Below are positions 53,979 to 62,213 of a stretch of 64,000 bases of DNA, one piece after another; positions within the stretch are counted from its first letter, which is position 1, and each line of letters starts with the position of its first letter. The translations under genes were made by a program, and so were the position numbers. The notes below the pieces were generated by a model. That model worked only from the letters and a program-made list of their open reading frames with translations. It was not told the DNA's origin and made no database searches. The DNA is from Gammaproteobacteria bacterium (GTDB taxonomy: Bacteria > Pseudomonadota > Gammaproteobacteria > GCA-001735895): positions 1 through 64,000 of the forward strand of contig JBNKUM010000024.1 of assembly GCA_050298595.1 (NCBI GenBank), given 5' to 3'.

Positions 53979-54040
53979 GTCAACGGTATTGACATTATAA
54001 ATCCTGTAACCGCATAATAATAGGTCACTACTATTGACCT
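53979..54040. promoter_or_regulatory. Two GTCA-N7-TGAC operators flanking/overlapping a sigma70 promoter
   Basis: GTCAAcggtaTTGAC (53979-53993) and AGGTCActactatTGACCT (54022-54040); TTGACA at 53989, CATAAT at 54013. Confidence 0.7.
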
Positions 54041-54053
54041 TTATGACTTAAAA

Positions 54054-54932
54054 ATGAATCACAATGCACTATGCTGGATAAATGAAAATATTCTACCTGC
54101 CGAACAGGCTCACATCTCAGTTTATGATCATGGATTACTCTACGGTGATGGCGTATTTGAAGGGTTACGCTTCTATCATGGTGCAACCTTTATGCTGCAG
54201 GCCCACCTTCAACGGCTGCAACAATCCGCACAGGCGATAGCACTAGAACTGCCTTATTCACTGCAACAAATCCAGCAGGCAATCGAGCAATTGATTCAAG
54301 CCTATCCGGGTGACGCTGGCTATCTGCGTCTTGTCGTTACACGCGGTGTAGGATCTTTGGGTATAGACCCACTTAAGTGTAAAAAATCACAACTCTTCAT
54401 CATTGCTGATGAACTTTCTGTCGTAAACACTCAGCATCTGGAACAGGGCATAAAATTGCATGTAGCCACAACCAGACGAACACCCGCAGCATGTCTTGAC
54501 CCAAAAATTAAGAGTTTAAATTATCTGAATAATATCCTGGCACGAATCGAAGCCAATCATGCCGGAATGGATGAAGCATTGATGCTCAACCTGAATGGAT
54601 ACGTCAGCGAAGGCAGCGTGGATAACCTCTTTATTATTTCCAATGGCGCCCTGAAAACTCCACCCTTAAGCGATGGGTTACTGGCAGGCATCACTCGTGA
54701 AGTGATTATCGATATCGCTCAGGAGATGGGGATATGCTGTGACCAGACTAGCCTCACGGTGAAAGATCTGCAACAGGCCGAAGAATGCTTCCTGACTGGC
54801 ACAGGGGCTGAGTTAATCAAGGTGAGTCAGATAGATCAGCATGTTTATAAAGCTCTGGAAAACCCCTTAATACCGAAGATTAGAGCCGCGTTTCAGAAGC
54901 GGATAGATCTCATTTGCCGTAAAGCAGGATAA
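54054..54932 (+). CDS. Class IV PLP aminotransferase (IlvE-like)
   Basis: DHGLLYGDGVFEG, YLRLVVTRG, KSLNYLNN, LAGITR, FLTGTGAE. Confidence 0.9.
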   Translation: MNHNALCWINENILPAEQAHISVYDHGLLYGDGVFEGLRFYHGATFMLQAHLQRLQQSAQAIALELPYSLQQIQQAIEQLIQAYPGDAGYLRLVVTRGVGSLGIDPLKCKKSQLFIIADELSVVNTQHLEQGIKLHVATTRRTPAACLDPKIKSLNYLNNILARIEANHAGMDEALMLNLNGYVSEGSVDNLFIISNGALKTPPLSDGLLAGITREVIIDIAQEMGICCDQTSLTVKDLQQAEECFLTGTGAELIKVSQIDQHVYKALENPLIPKIRAAFQKRIDLICRKAG

Positions 54933-54970
54933 CTGATAATTCTAATATTTATTTCACCATATTAGATCAC

Positions 54971-55756
54971 TCAATTATGGCGAATAAATAAATCATACAG
55001 TGTAAGAAAGATTTCGATCACAATTAGAATCACGATATACCATTCGACTCTTAATGTACGCCGGTCCTGTAACAGGCTGAGTAAGGTTTCTGCGGTAGAG
55101 CTGATCAACTCCAGCTTACGTTCCAGCGCCAGTTGTCGCTCGCCTATCTCATATTCATTTTCAAGATAATGCCACAGACGTTCCAGTTCAGGGTGATCCC
55201 ACAATACATCGGGTTTCTCACCCACCTGAGCGCGCCCAGTCATGCGGTGCTGTAATTGAAGCACCTCTCCAATATGGGTCAACAGATCGTTCGACCTACC
55301 CTGCAGGCGTCCGGTGCTGTGCATACGCTCGGCTAAGGGCTCTATACGATCAAATGCTTTCGCGATAGTATCTTCGTAATCATCCAGAAACACAGATTTA
55401 GCCAGAATATCAGCAACTACCTGCATCCTGGCGACTGACATATCGCGCATGATAAAACGCTGATTGTCCAGTCGCTCTTCCGCTTCAGAATCCACCACTA
55501 CCTCCAGAGATTCATTTCTGGGTGTCACAATGGATTTACTCACATAGGGTTGTAACAGAGTAAGGAATGCGTCTTCTGATTCAACGCGGGTATTAAAGAA
55601 AACAGCAGCCCCAAACCTGAATAACACGACATAACTATTTTCATCCAGCCCTATGGTGGTAGGATCGCGAGACAGAATTTTCATCTGTGTAATTCTTCTC
55701 GGCTCGATACTTTGTCCGAACAGCTGAGCACGCACATTAATTGTTGTCGATGACAT
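54971..55756 (-). CDS. RMD1/YagE (DUF155) family protein
   Basis: VLFRFGAAVFF, LAKSVFL, PDVLWDHPEL, RVEWYIVILI. Confidence 0.85.
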   Translation of the reverse strand: MSSTTINVRAQLFGQSIEPRRITQMKILSRDPTTIGLDENSYVVLFRFGAAVFFNTRVESEDAFLTLLQPYVSKSIVTPRNESLEVVVDSEAEERLDNQRFIMRDMSVARMQVVADILAKSVFLDDYEDTIAKAFDRIEPLAERMHSTGRLQGRSNDLLTHIGEVLQLQHRMTGRAQVGEKPDVLWDHPELERLWHYLENEYEIGERQLALERKLELISSTAETLLSLLQDRRTLRVEWYIVILIVIEIFLTLYDLFIRHN

Positions 55757-55932
55757 AAAAATATTCTCAAGCTAGATACTGATATCATGCGCTCGCTCAA
55801 AGCGATGTTGCAATACAATTTGCAGCATAAAATATTACATAAAATCAATTAAAAAACTCTGTACGCTAAAGCAGGAGGCCATTAACATATGCGCCTCGGC
55901 GCCATCCCGGCTCCTATTTTTCGGGGATCAAT

Positions 55933-57027
55933 ATGAACCGTTATCTAACTTTTTTCTCGTCTTTGGCTTTTGTTATTTCATCTGCAGTTCAAGCTGAATC
56001 ACCGACTGTAAATATCTACAACTGGAATGATTATTTCGCCGAGGATACCCTGCAACAATTTGAATCGACGACCGGGATAAAACCCGTACTGGATTTATAC
56101 GACTCTAATGAAACCCTGGAAGCCAAGCTACTCGCTGGTCACAGTGGATATGATCTGGTGTTTCCAACCGCAAGACCTTTTGCTGCTCGACATATCAAGG
56201 CCAAAATCTATCGGGCGCCTGAACGCAGCAAACTGACTGGCTGGAAAAACCTCGATCCACAGTTGATGCAGACACTAGAAGACATCGACCCTGGCAATAA
56301 ATATCTTGTGCCCTATATGTGGGGAACCACCGGTATTGGTATCAATAGCGTAAAGGTAAAACAGATTCTGGGTGAGGATGCCCCGCTAGACAGTTGGGCA
56401 TTGATTTTCGACCCATCGATCAGTTCAAAATTGAAAAGCTGCGGCATCAGTTTAATGGATGATTCCACTGAGGTATTTGCTGCTGCGCTGGCCTATCTGG
56501 GCAAGGATCCAAATTCAACCAGTAAAGCGGACATTCAGGCCGCGCAGGAATTAATCACTCAGGCCAGACCTAATATTCGTTATTTCCATTCCTCACAATA
56601 TATCTCTGATCTGGCGAATGGAGACCTGTGCGTCGCTCATGCCTATTCAGGTGATGCGCTGCAGGCAGGTGATCGAGCAGAAGAAGCCAAAAATGGCGTA
56701 GAAGTTTCCTACATCATCCCTAAAGAAGGCGCAGTGCTCTGGGTTGACGTGATGGCGATTCCTGCGGATGCACCTCACCCTGAACAGGCCATGGCTTTTA
56801 TCGATTTCATGCTGCAACCAAAGAACATAGCTGCCGCATCCAATTACGTGTATTACGCCAATCCCAATCTACCTGCAACCGAACTGCTGGATGAGGATCT
56901 GCGCAATCATCCCGGTATTTACCCCGATGCAAGCGTAAAACAGAAACTGATTGTTCTTAAAGAGCGTTCTGATAAGGAAATACGCAATATCAATCGCTTA
57001 TGGACCCGCATTAAAGCAAACCGTTGA
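55933..57027 (+). CDS. potF: Polyamine (putrescine) ABC substrate-binding protein, PotF/SpuD-like
   Basis: YNWNDY, YDSNETLEAKL, PYMWGTTG, SSQYISDLANGD. Confidence 0.88.
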   Translation: MNRYLTFFSSLAFVISSAVQAESPTVNIYNWNDYFAEDTLQQFESTTGIKPVLDLYDSNETLEAKLLAGHSGYDLVFPTARPFAARHIKAKIYRAPERSKLTGWKNLDPQLMQTLEDIDPGNKYLVPYMWGTTGIGINSVKVKQILGEDAPLDSWALIFDPSISSKLKSCGISLMDDSTEVFAAALAYLGKDPNSTSKADIQAAQELITQARPNIRYFHSSQYISDLANGDLCVAHAYSGDALQAGDRAEEAKNGVEVSYIIPKEGAVLWVDVMAIPADAPHPEQAMAFIDFMLQPKNIAAASNYVYYANPNLPATELLDEDLRNHPGIYPDASVKQKLIVLKERSDKEIRNINRLWTRIKANR

Positions 57028-58172
57028 AGGCCCCGGGCATGGTTAAGGCAACCAGTCGCAGGATGGAGTCGTGGCAGGATCCATCCAGCCAGCCTTATGT
57101 TCAGTTAAAACGGGTTACCCGACAGTATGGGGATGTATATGCGGTAGATGATGTCAGCCTGGATATTTATCAGGGTGAGTTCTTTTCTCTACTGGGCAGT
57201 TCGGGCTGCGGCAAGTCTACGCTATTGCGTATGCTTGCCGGGCTTGAAATGCCCACCAGTGGACGTATCCTGATCGATGGTATCGATGTCACCGATGTCC
57301 CGCCCTACCGTCGCCCAGTCAATATGATGTTTCAGTCTTATGCGCTGTTTCCGCATATGTCGGTGGAGAACAATATTGCCTTTGGACTGAAGCAGGAAAA
57401 ACTCAGTGCTGAAGTTCGCAATGAGCGTATCGAACAAATGCTCAAACTGCTGCATATCGAGCCATTACGTCGTCGTCGGCCTGACCAGCTCTCCGGCGGA
57501 CAGCGTCAACGCGTGGCGCTGGCACGTAGTCTGGCTAAACACCCCAAGCTACTATTACTGGATGAACCTCTTGGCGCGCTGGATAAACGCCTGCGCGAAA
57601 ACACCCAGTTTGAACTGGTTAACCTGCAGGAAAAACTGGGTATTACCTTCATCACCGTAACCCACGATCAGGAAGAAGCCATGACCATGTCATCACGTAT
57701 CGCAGTGATGCATGACGGCCATATCGTGCAGGTGGATACCCCATCAGGTATCTACGAATACCCCAACTGCCGCTTCGTCGCAGGTTTTGTTGGTTCTATT
57801 AACCTGTTCGAAGGCAAGATCATTGAACGTAGTGAAGGTGAGACCATTATCGAAGGTACCGACGGAGAGCAATATCACATGAAGTGCCCGCACCCTCTGG
57901 CCATTGGATCACCGGTTGTCGTTGCCGTTCGACCTGAAAAAATCAGGCTGGCGCGTAATCCTGAGAAAGAAACCAACAATCAGATTAAAGGACTGGTTGA
58001 GGACATCGCCTATCTGGGCGATGTCTCGATATTCCATCTCAAAACAGCGTCTGACCGTAAGATTCAGATGACCCTGACCAATACTCGCCCCATTACCGAA
58101 CAAACCCTGACCTGGGGTGAAGAAGTCGTGATTGAATGGGATCCCGACGGTGGCGTGGTTCTGACCGAATGA
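57024..58172 (+). CDS. potG: Polyamine ABC ATP-binding protein
   Basis: GSSGCGKS, MFQSYALFPHM, LSGGQ, TOBE domain; start may be ATG 57039. Confidence 0.88.
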   Translation: MKAPGMVKATSRRMESWQDPSSQPYVQLKRVTRQYGDVYAVDDVSLDIYQGEFFSLLGSSGCGKSTLLRMLAGLEMPTSGRILIDGIDVTDVPPYRRPVNMMFQSYALFPHMSVENNIAFGLKQEKLSAEVRNERIEQMLKLLHIEPLRRRRPDQLSGGQRQRVALARSLAKHPKLLLLDEPLGALDKRLRENTQFELVNLQEKLGITFITVTHDQEEAMTMSSRIAVMHDGHIVQVDTPSGIYEYPNCRFVAGFVGSINLFEGKIIERSEGETIIEGTDGEQYHMKCPHPLAIGSPVVVAVRPEKIRLARNPEKETNNQIKGLVEDIAYLGDVSIFHLKTASDRKIQMTLTNTRPITEQTLTWGEEVVIEWDPDGGVVLTE

Positions 58173-59092
58173 GCAGCAATCTACGCGATCAGGTGGACAA
58201 ACTCTCCAGTGGTTGGGGGCGTCGCATCGGTATCGGCCTGCCCTATCTGTGGCTGAGCGTGTTATTCCTGTTACCGTTCCTGATCGTATTAAAGATCAGC
58301 CTGTCTGAACCCATGCTCAGTCAGCCTCCCTATACCCCGCTGACCAGTATGAGCGAAGACGCAGTGCTACAGATCAAGATCAATCTCGGCAACTATGTAC
58401 TGCTGAGTGAAGATGAACTGTATCTGGATGCCTTTATCAATTCCCTCAAGGTAGCTGGCATCAGCACGCTGCTGTGTTTATTTATCGGTTACCCCATGGC
58501 CTACACCATCGCGACCGCCAAACAACGCGCGCGGAATATGCTACTGATGATGATTATTCTGCCGTTCTGGACATCATTTTTGATCCGGGTATACGCCTGG
58601 ATCGGCATACTCAAGCCACAGGGTATACTCAACGACCTGCTACTGTCGCTAGGGCTGATCAGCGAACCGCTGGCTATCCTACATACCCAGTTGGCAGTGT
58701 ATATCGGCATTGTTTATTCTTACCTCCCCTTTATGGTATTGCCGCTTTACGCCAACCTGGCCAAACTGGATCACAGCCTGCTGGAAGCGGCAGCTGATCT
58801 GGGCGCGCGCCCAATCACTTCTTTTTTACGTGTTACCTTGCCCCTGTCACTACCCGGCGTAATTGCCGGTAGTATGCTGGTGTTCATCCCGGCCGTGGGA
58901 GAATTTGTGATTCCTGACCTGCTCGGTGGCCCCGATAGCCTGATGGTGGGTAAACTGATGTGGACCGAGTTTTTCTCCAATAAAGACTGGCCGCTGGCAT
59001 CTTCTTTAGCCATCTCTATGCTGTTCCTGCTGGTGATCCCTTTTATCGCGATGCAGCGACTGCACCAGCGCTTTGAGGACAGGCAGTCATGA
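58169..59092 (+). CDS. potH: Polyamine ABC permease
   Basis: LPFWTSFLIR, YSYLPFM, EAAADLGA; ATGA overlap with the previous gene. Confidence 0.88.
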   Translation: MSSNLRDQVDKLSSGWGRRIGIGLPYLWLSVLFLLPFLIVLKISLSEPMLSQPPYTPLTSMSEDAVLQIKINLGNYVLLSEDELYLDAFINSLKVAGISTLLCLFIGYPMAYTIATAKQRARNMLLMMIILPFWTSFLIRVYAWIGILKPQGILNDLLLSLGLISEPLAILHTQLAVYIGIVYSYLPFMVLPLYANLAKLDHSLLEAAADLGARPITSFLRVTLPLSLPGVIAGSMLVFIPAVGEFVIPDLLGGPDSLMVGKLMWTEFFSNKDWPLASSLAISMLFLLVIPFIAMQRLHQRFEDRQS

Positions 59093-59880
59093 AATCGCGC
59101 CATTTGATGTTGGTAGTGGTAGCGTTTGGCTATGCTTTTCTATACATCCCGGTCATGCTGCTGGTGCTTTATTCCTTCAATGCATCGCGCCTGGTCACTG
59201 TCTGGGGCGGCTTCTCGATGAAATGGTATGGTGCATTAATCCATAATGAATCGCTATTGAGTGCTGCCTGGCTGAGCCTGCGCATCGCTACAGTAAACGC
59301 GACCTTTGCAGTGACTCTGGGCACGCTGGCCGCTTACTCACTCAGCCGTTATCGCAGATTTCGTGGTCGCACCGGTTTTGAGTTACTGCTAACCGCTCCA
59401 CTGGTCATGCCTGACGTCATTATCGGACTGTCGTTATTACTGTTATTTGTATCCATGGAACAGCTGATCGGATGGCCTGCCGGTCGTGGATTTACCACCA
59501 TCAGCCTGGCCCATATCACTTTCAGTCTGGCTTATGCTGCGGTGGTCATCCGTGGCCGAATTGGTCAACTGGATCCTTTACTGGAAGAAGCGGCAATGGA
59601 TCTTGGTGCGCGCCCGCTGACTGTTTTCATTCAAATTACGCTACCGCTGTTAACCCCGGCCATTATCTCCGCCTGGCTACTTTCGTTTACCTTATCGCTG
59701 GATGATCTGGTTATCGCCAGCTTCGTTTCAGGCCCCGGTTCTACAACCTTACCCATGTGGATTTATTCCAGTGTGCGCCTCGGTGTTTCTCCAGAGGTGA
59801 ATGCGCTGGCCTCGCTGATGCTCATATTTGTCGTGACTGCCGTTGTATTTTCCAGCCGACTGTTGAATAAAAAACAGTGA
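59089..59880 (+). CDS. potI: Polyamine ABC permease
   Basis: YSFNASRL, EEAAMDLGA, SLDDLVI, TTLP. Confidence 0.88.
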   Translation: MKSRHLMLVVVAFGYAFLYIPVMLLVLYSFNASRLVTVWGGFSMKWYGALIHNESLLSAAWLSLRIATVNATFAVTLGTLAAYSLSRYRRFRGRTGFELLLTAPLVMPDVIIGLSLLLLFVSMEQLIGWPAGRGFTTISLAHITFSLAYAAVVIRGRIGQLDPLLEEAAMDLGARPLTVFIQITLPLLTPAIISAWLLSFTLSLDDLVIASFVSGPGSTTLPMWIYSSVRLGVSPEVNALASLMLIFVVTAVVFSSRLLNKKQ

Positions 59881-59895
59881 TCTGTTTGAGCGCTG

Positions 59896-60861
59896 TCAAT
59901 AAAGCCTCGCCATTTCAGTAATCACCGACTTTATTTTCTGCCTCAGGCTGTCTGGCTTTAGCACTTCCACATCGGCACCATGCTTCAGAATATCCATCAA
60001 TAACTCCGGTTCCTGACTGTAAGGCAATGAAAGGTAATAATGCCCGTCTTCATCAAAATGTGATTGCTGCTGTGGGTGCCATTGCTCCTGCGCTACCCAG
60101 CGCGAGCGTTCGGGGCTAAAGCGTAATTCAGCCCATTCAACCCTTGCGCCAGAAAAAATCCCATAGCCACTGCCCAGCTCCTTATCGAGCAGCGCCTCAT
60201 CCAGCTCTAAAGCGCTATCCGTCAGCACTTTCACTGCGCTGATAGCATCCACTGCAAAGCTACGTATCGCTTCGCGCTGATGACACCAGCTGTCCAGATA
60301 CCAGTTATCCCGGTAAAACGTTAAGCGCTGTGGAGAGACCACCCTGTCGCTGGACAATCCCTCACGTCGATTGAAATGGGTAATCTGTAGCTGTCGTCGA
60401 TTCAACAGCGCCTGACTGAGAATTTGAAAGTGATTATCACCCTGAATCAGTCGTGCCTGGCTGAGAATACGAATACGCCGCGTGATTTCATCCACACTAT
60501 GATCACCCTGATCCAGCAGGGCACGAATGCGCGCCTGTAGCGGTTGTATATGCTCCGACAACAGGCCCGGCTGCAGATTTTGCAGCCAGGCATTCATGGT
60601 CAACAATGCCTGTATCTCGCCCGTATTAAACCACAGACCGGGGAGCTGGTAGCTGCTATCGCCTGGCTGGCGCTGATAGCAATAGGCGCGATATTCACTA
60701 TCCCACACGATAGGTGCTCCCAGTCGAGAGCGCAGGTACTCCAGATCGCGTTTGAAGGTAGCTGGTGATATTTCCAGCGCATCCAGAAACTGCTGGCGAG
60801 TCACCAGTTGCGTAGTGCTGAGCATTTGATCGATCAGATGGAAGCGTTCTGTTCTATCCAT
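59896..60861 (-). CDS. WYL-domain transcriptional regulator (wHTH-WYL-WCX)
   Basis: SPATFKRDLEYLR HTH; RVVSPQRL...NWYLDSWCH...RSFAVD; C-terminal WCX. Confidence 0.95.
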   Translation of the reverse strand: MDRTERFHLIDQMLSTTQLVTRQQFLDALEISPATFKRDLEYLRSRLGAPIVWDSEYRAYCYQRQPGDSSYQLPGLWFNTGEIQALLTMNAWLQNLQPGLLSEHIQPLQARIRALLDQGDHSVDEITRRIRILSQARLIQGDNHFQILSQALLNRRQLQITHFNRREGLSSDRVVSPQRLTFYRDNWYLDSWCHQREAIRSFAVDAISAVKVLTDSALELDEALLDKELGSGYGIFSGARVEWAELRFSPERSRWVAQEQWHPQQQSHFDEDGHYYLSLPYSQEPELLMDILKHGADVEVLKPDSLRQKIKSVITEMARLY

Positions 60862-60894
60862 TTATGTCTGGTTTCTAAAAAAATTTTTATCACA

Positions 60895-60927
60895 GGCTCA
60901 CCTGGCGAGCCACCAGGTCAGGATAAT
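60895..60927 (+). promoter_or_regulatory. Putative WYL operator plus -10 element
   Basis: GGCTCA-cctgg-CGAGCC (60895-60911), then 10 bp, then GATAAT (60922-60927). Confidence 0.6.
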
Positions 60928-60960
60928 AGCATGTGTTGAATCAATTACGAGGCCTATGCC

Positions 60961-61497
60961 ATGTCATTAATGAATACCGTTTTATTCAAGCTCTCTTCTT
61001 ACCTGCGCTGTCGCGTGATCACAGGTGAAAATCATCAACCCTATCTGGAACGATACCATCTGCTACGGCTACCTTTTGGCATACATATCTATCTGCACCG
61101 TTTTGTTGCCAGCGATCCCGGGCGGGCACTGCATAATCATCCCTGGCGCTCTGCGCTGTCGCTGGTTTTAAGTGGTGAATATCAGGAAACTCGATTAGGG
61201 GGCAGTAATACCGATTTCCAGCTGCAAACCCGTAATATCGCTGCGGGACGGATTAACTATATCAGTGGCAAAATCTATCACCGTATCAATCTTGCACCCG
61301 GACAGCAGGCCTGGACACTTTTTATCCACACAGCAAGTCATCGTAGTTGGGGGTTTCTTGATACTCAGCATCGTAAGTTCAGTTATACAGATCATAATCA
61401 GGCATTAAGTGCTGAAAGCAATCCACTCTGGTGGAAGACCGCATTACGCCCACTGCACAACCCACAGATGCGAGCCGGTCAGCAACAACAGCTTTGA
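60961..61497 (+). CDS. Hypothetical cupin-like metalloprotein (HxHPW motif)
   Basis: YLERY...YLHRF...LHNHPW...SLVLSGEYQE...YHRI...WTLF...WGF; GAGG SD. Confidence 0.75.
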   Translation: MSLMNTVLFKLSSYLRCRVITGENHQPYLERYHLLRLPFGIHIYLHRFVASDPGRALHNHPWRSALSLVLSGEYQETRLGGSNTDFQLQTRNIAAGRINYISGKIYHRINLAPGQQAWTLFIHTASHRSWGFLDTQHRKFSYTDHNQALSAESNPLWWKTALRPLHNPQMRAGQQQQL

Positions 61498-61570
61498 CTT
61501 TATTGGTTTTAAGGCTTGGTGATATGATGCCATCTAATAGAAGTTGAGAATTATTAGTCACAGCAGCCTT

Positions 61571-62089
61571 ATGCCAATACCTGAAAATATTAAAGTGCTG
61601 GGTTTTGCCGCCTATAGCGGCACGGGTAAAACCACCCTGCTCAAGCAATTGATCCCCCTGTTGCGTGAACAGGGCCTGCGACTGGCAATTATCAAACACT
61701 CGCATCATGACTTTGAGATTGATCATCCCGGTAAGGATAGCTATGAGCTGCATCATGCCGGTGCAATACAAACCCTGATCACATCCAGATTCCGTAGTGC
61801 GTTAATCAGCGAAAATTCATCTCATCAGGAACCTGATTTTCTGAGTACATTACAGCAGCTTGACCTGAACAATATCGATCTGGTACTGGTTGAAGGTTTT
61901 CGCGATGACATAAAACTGCCTCGGATAGAACTTCATCGCCCATCTCTGAATAAGCCCCTGATTTATCCACAGGCAGAAAACATCATCGCTATCGCTAGTG
62001 ATACCCCTCTTCAAACCCATCTACCTTTGCTGGACCTGAACCAGATATCAGAAATCAGTAGTTTTATTTTTAACTGGTTTCAACACTGA
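61571..62089 (+). CDS. mobB: Molybdopterin-guanine dinucleotide biosynthesis protein B
   Basis: GFAAYSGTGKTT, IKHSHHDFEIDHPGKDS, LVEGF. Confidence 0.95.
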   Translation: MPIPENIKVLGFAAYSGTGKTTLLKQLIPLLREQGLRLAIIKHSHHDFEIDHPGKDSYELHHAGAIQTLITSRFRSALISENSSHQEPDFLSTLQQLDLNNIDLVLVEGFRDDIKLPRIELHRPSLNKPLIYPQAENIIAIASDTPLQTHLPLLDLNQISEISSFIFNWFQH

Positions 62090-62213
62090 AATTCATCAAT
62101 TTAATCCATTCAAATCTCAGATTAAGAAAGGAATCATAAATAAAGTCACATATCAGTACAAACCCATTCTTTTATGCTTTAATTAAAAAAATTGTACGCA
62201 GCGATGAATTTTT

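Noticed and set aside
59896-62089. Defence island around the WYL gene
   Set aside because: The neighbours are potFGHI and mobB. No nuclease, methylase, toxin or integrase genes were recognised.
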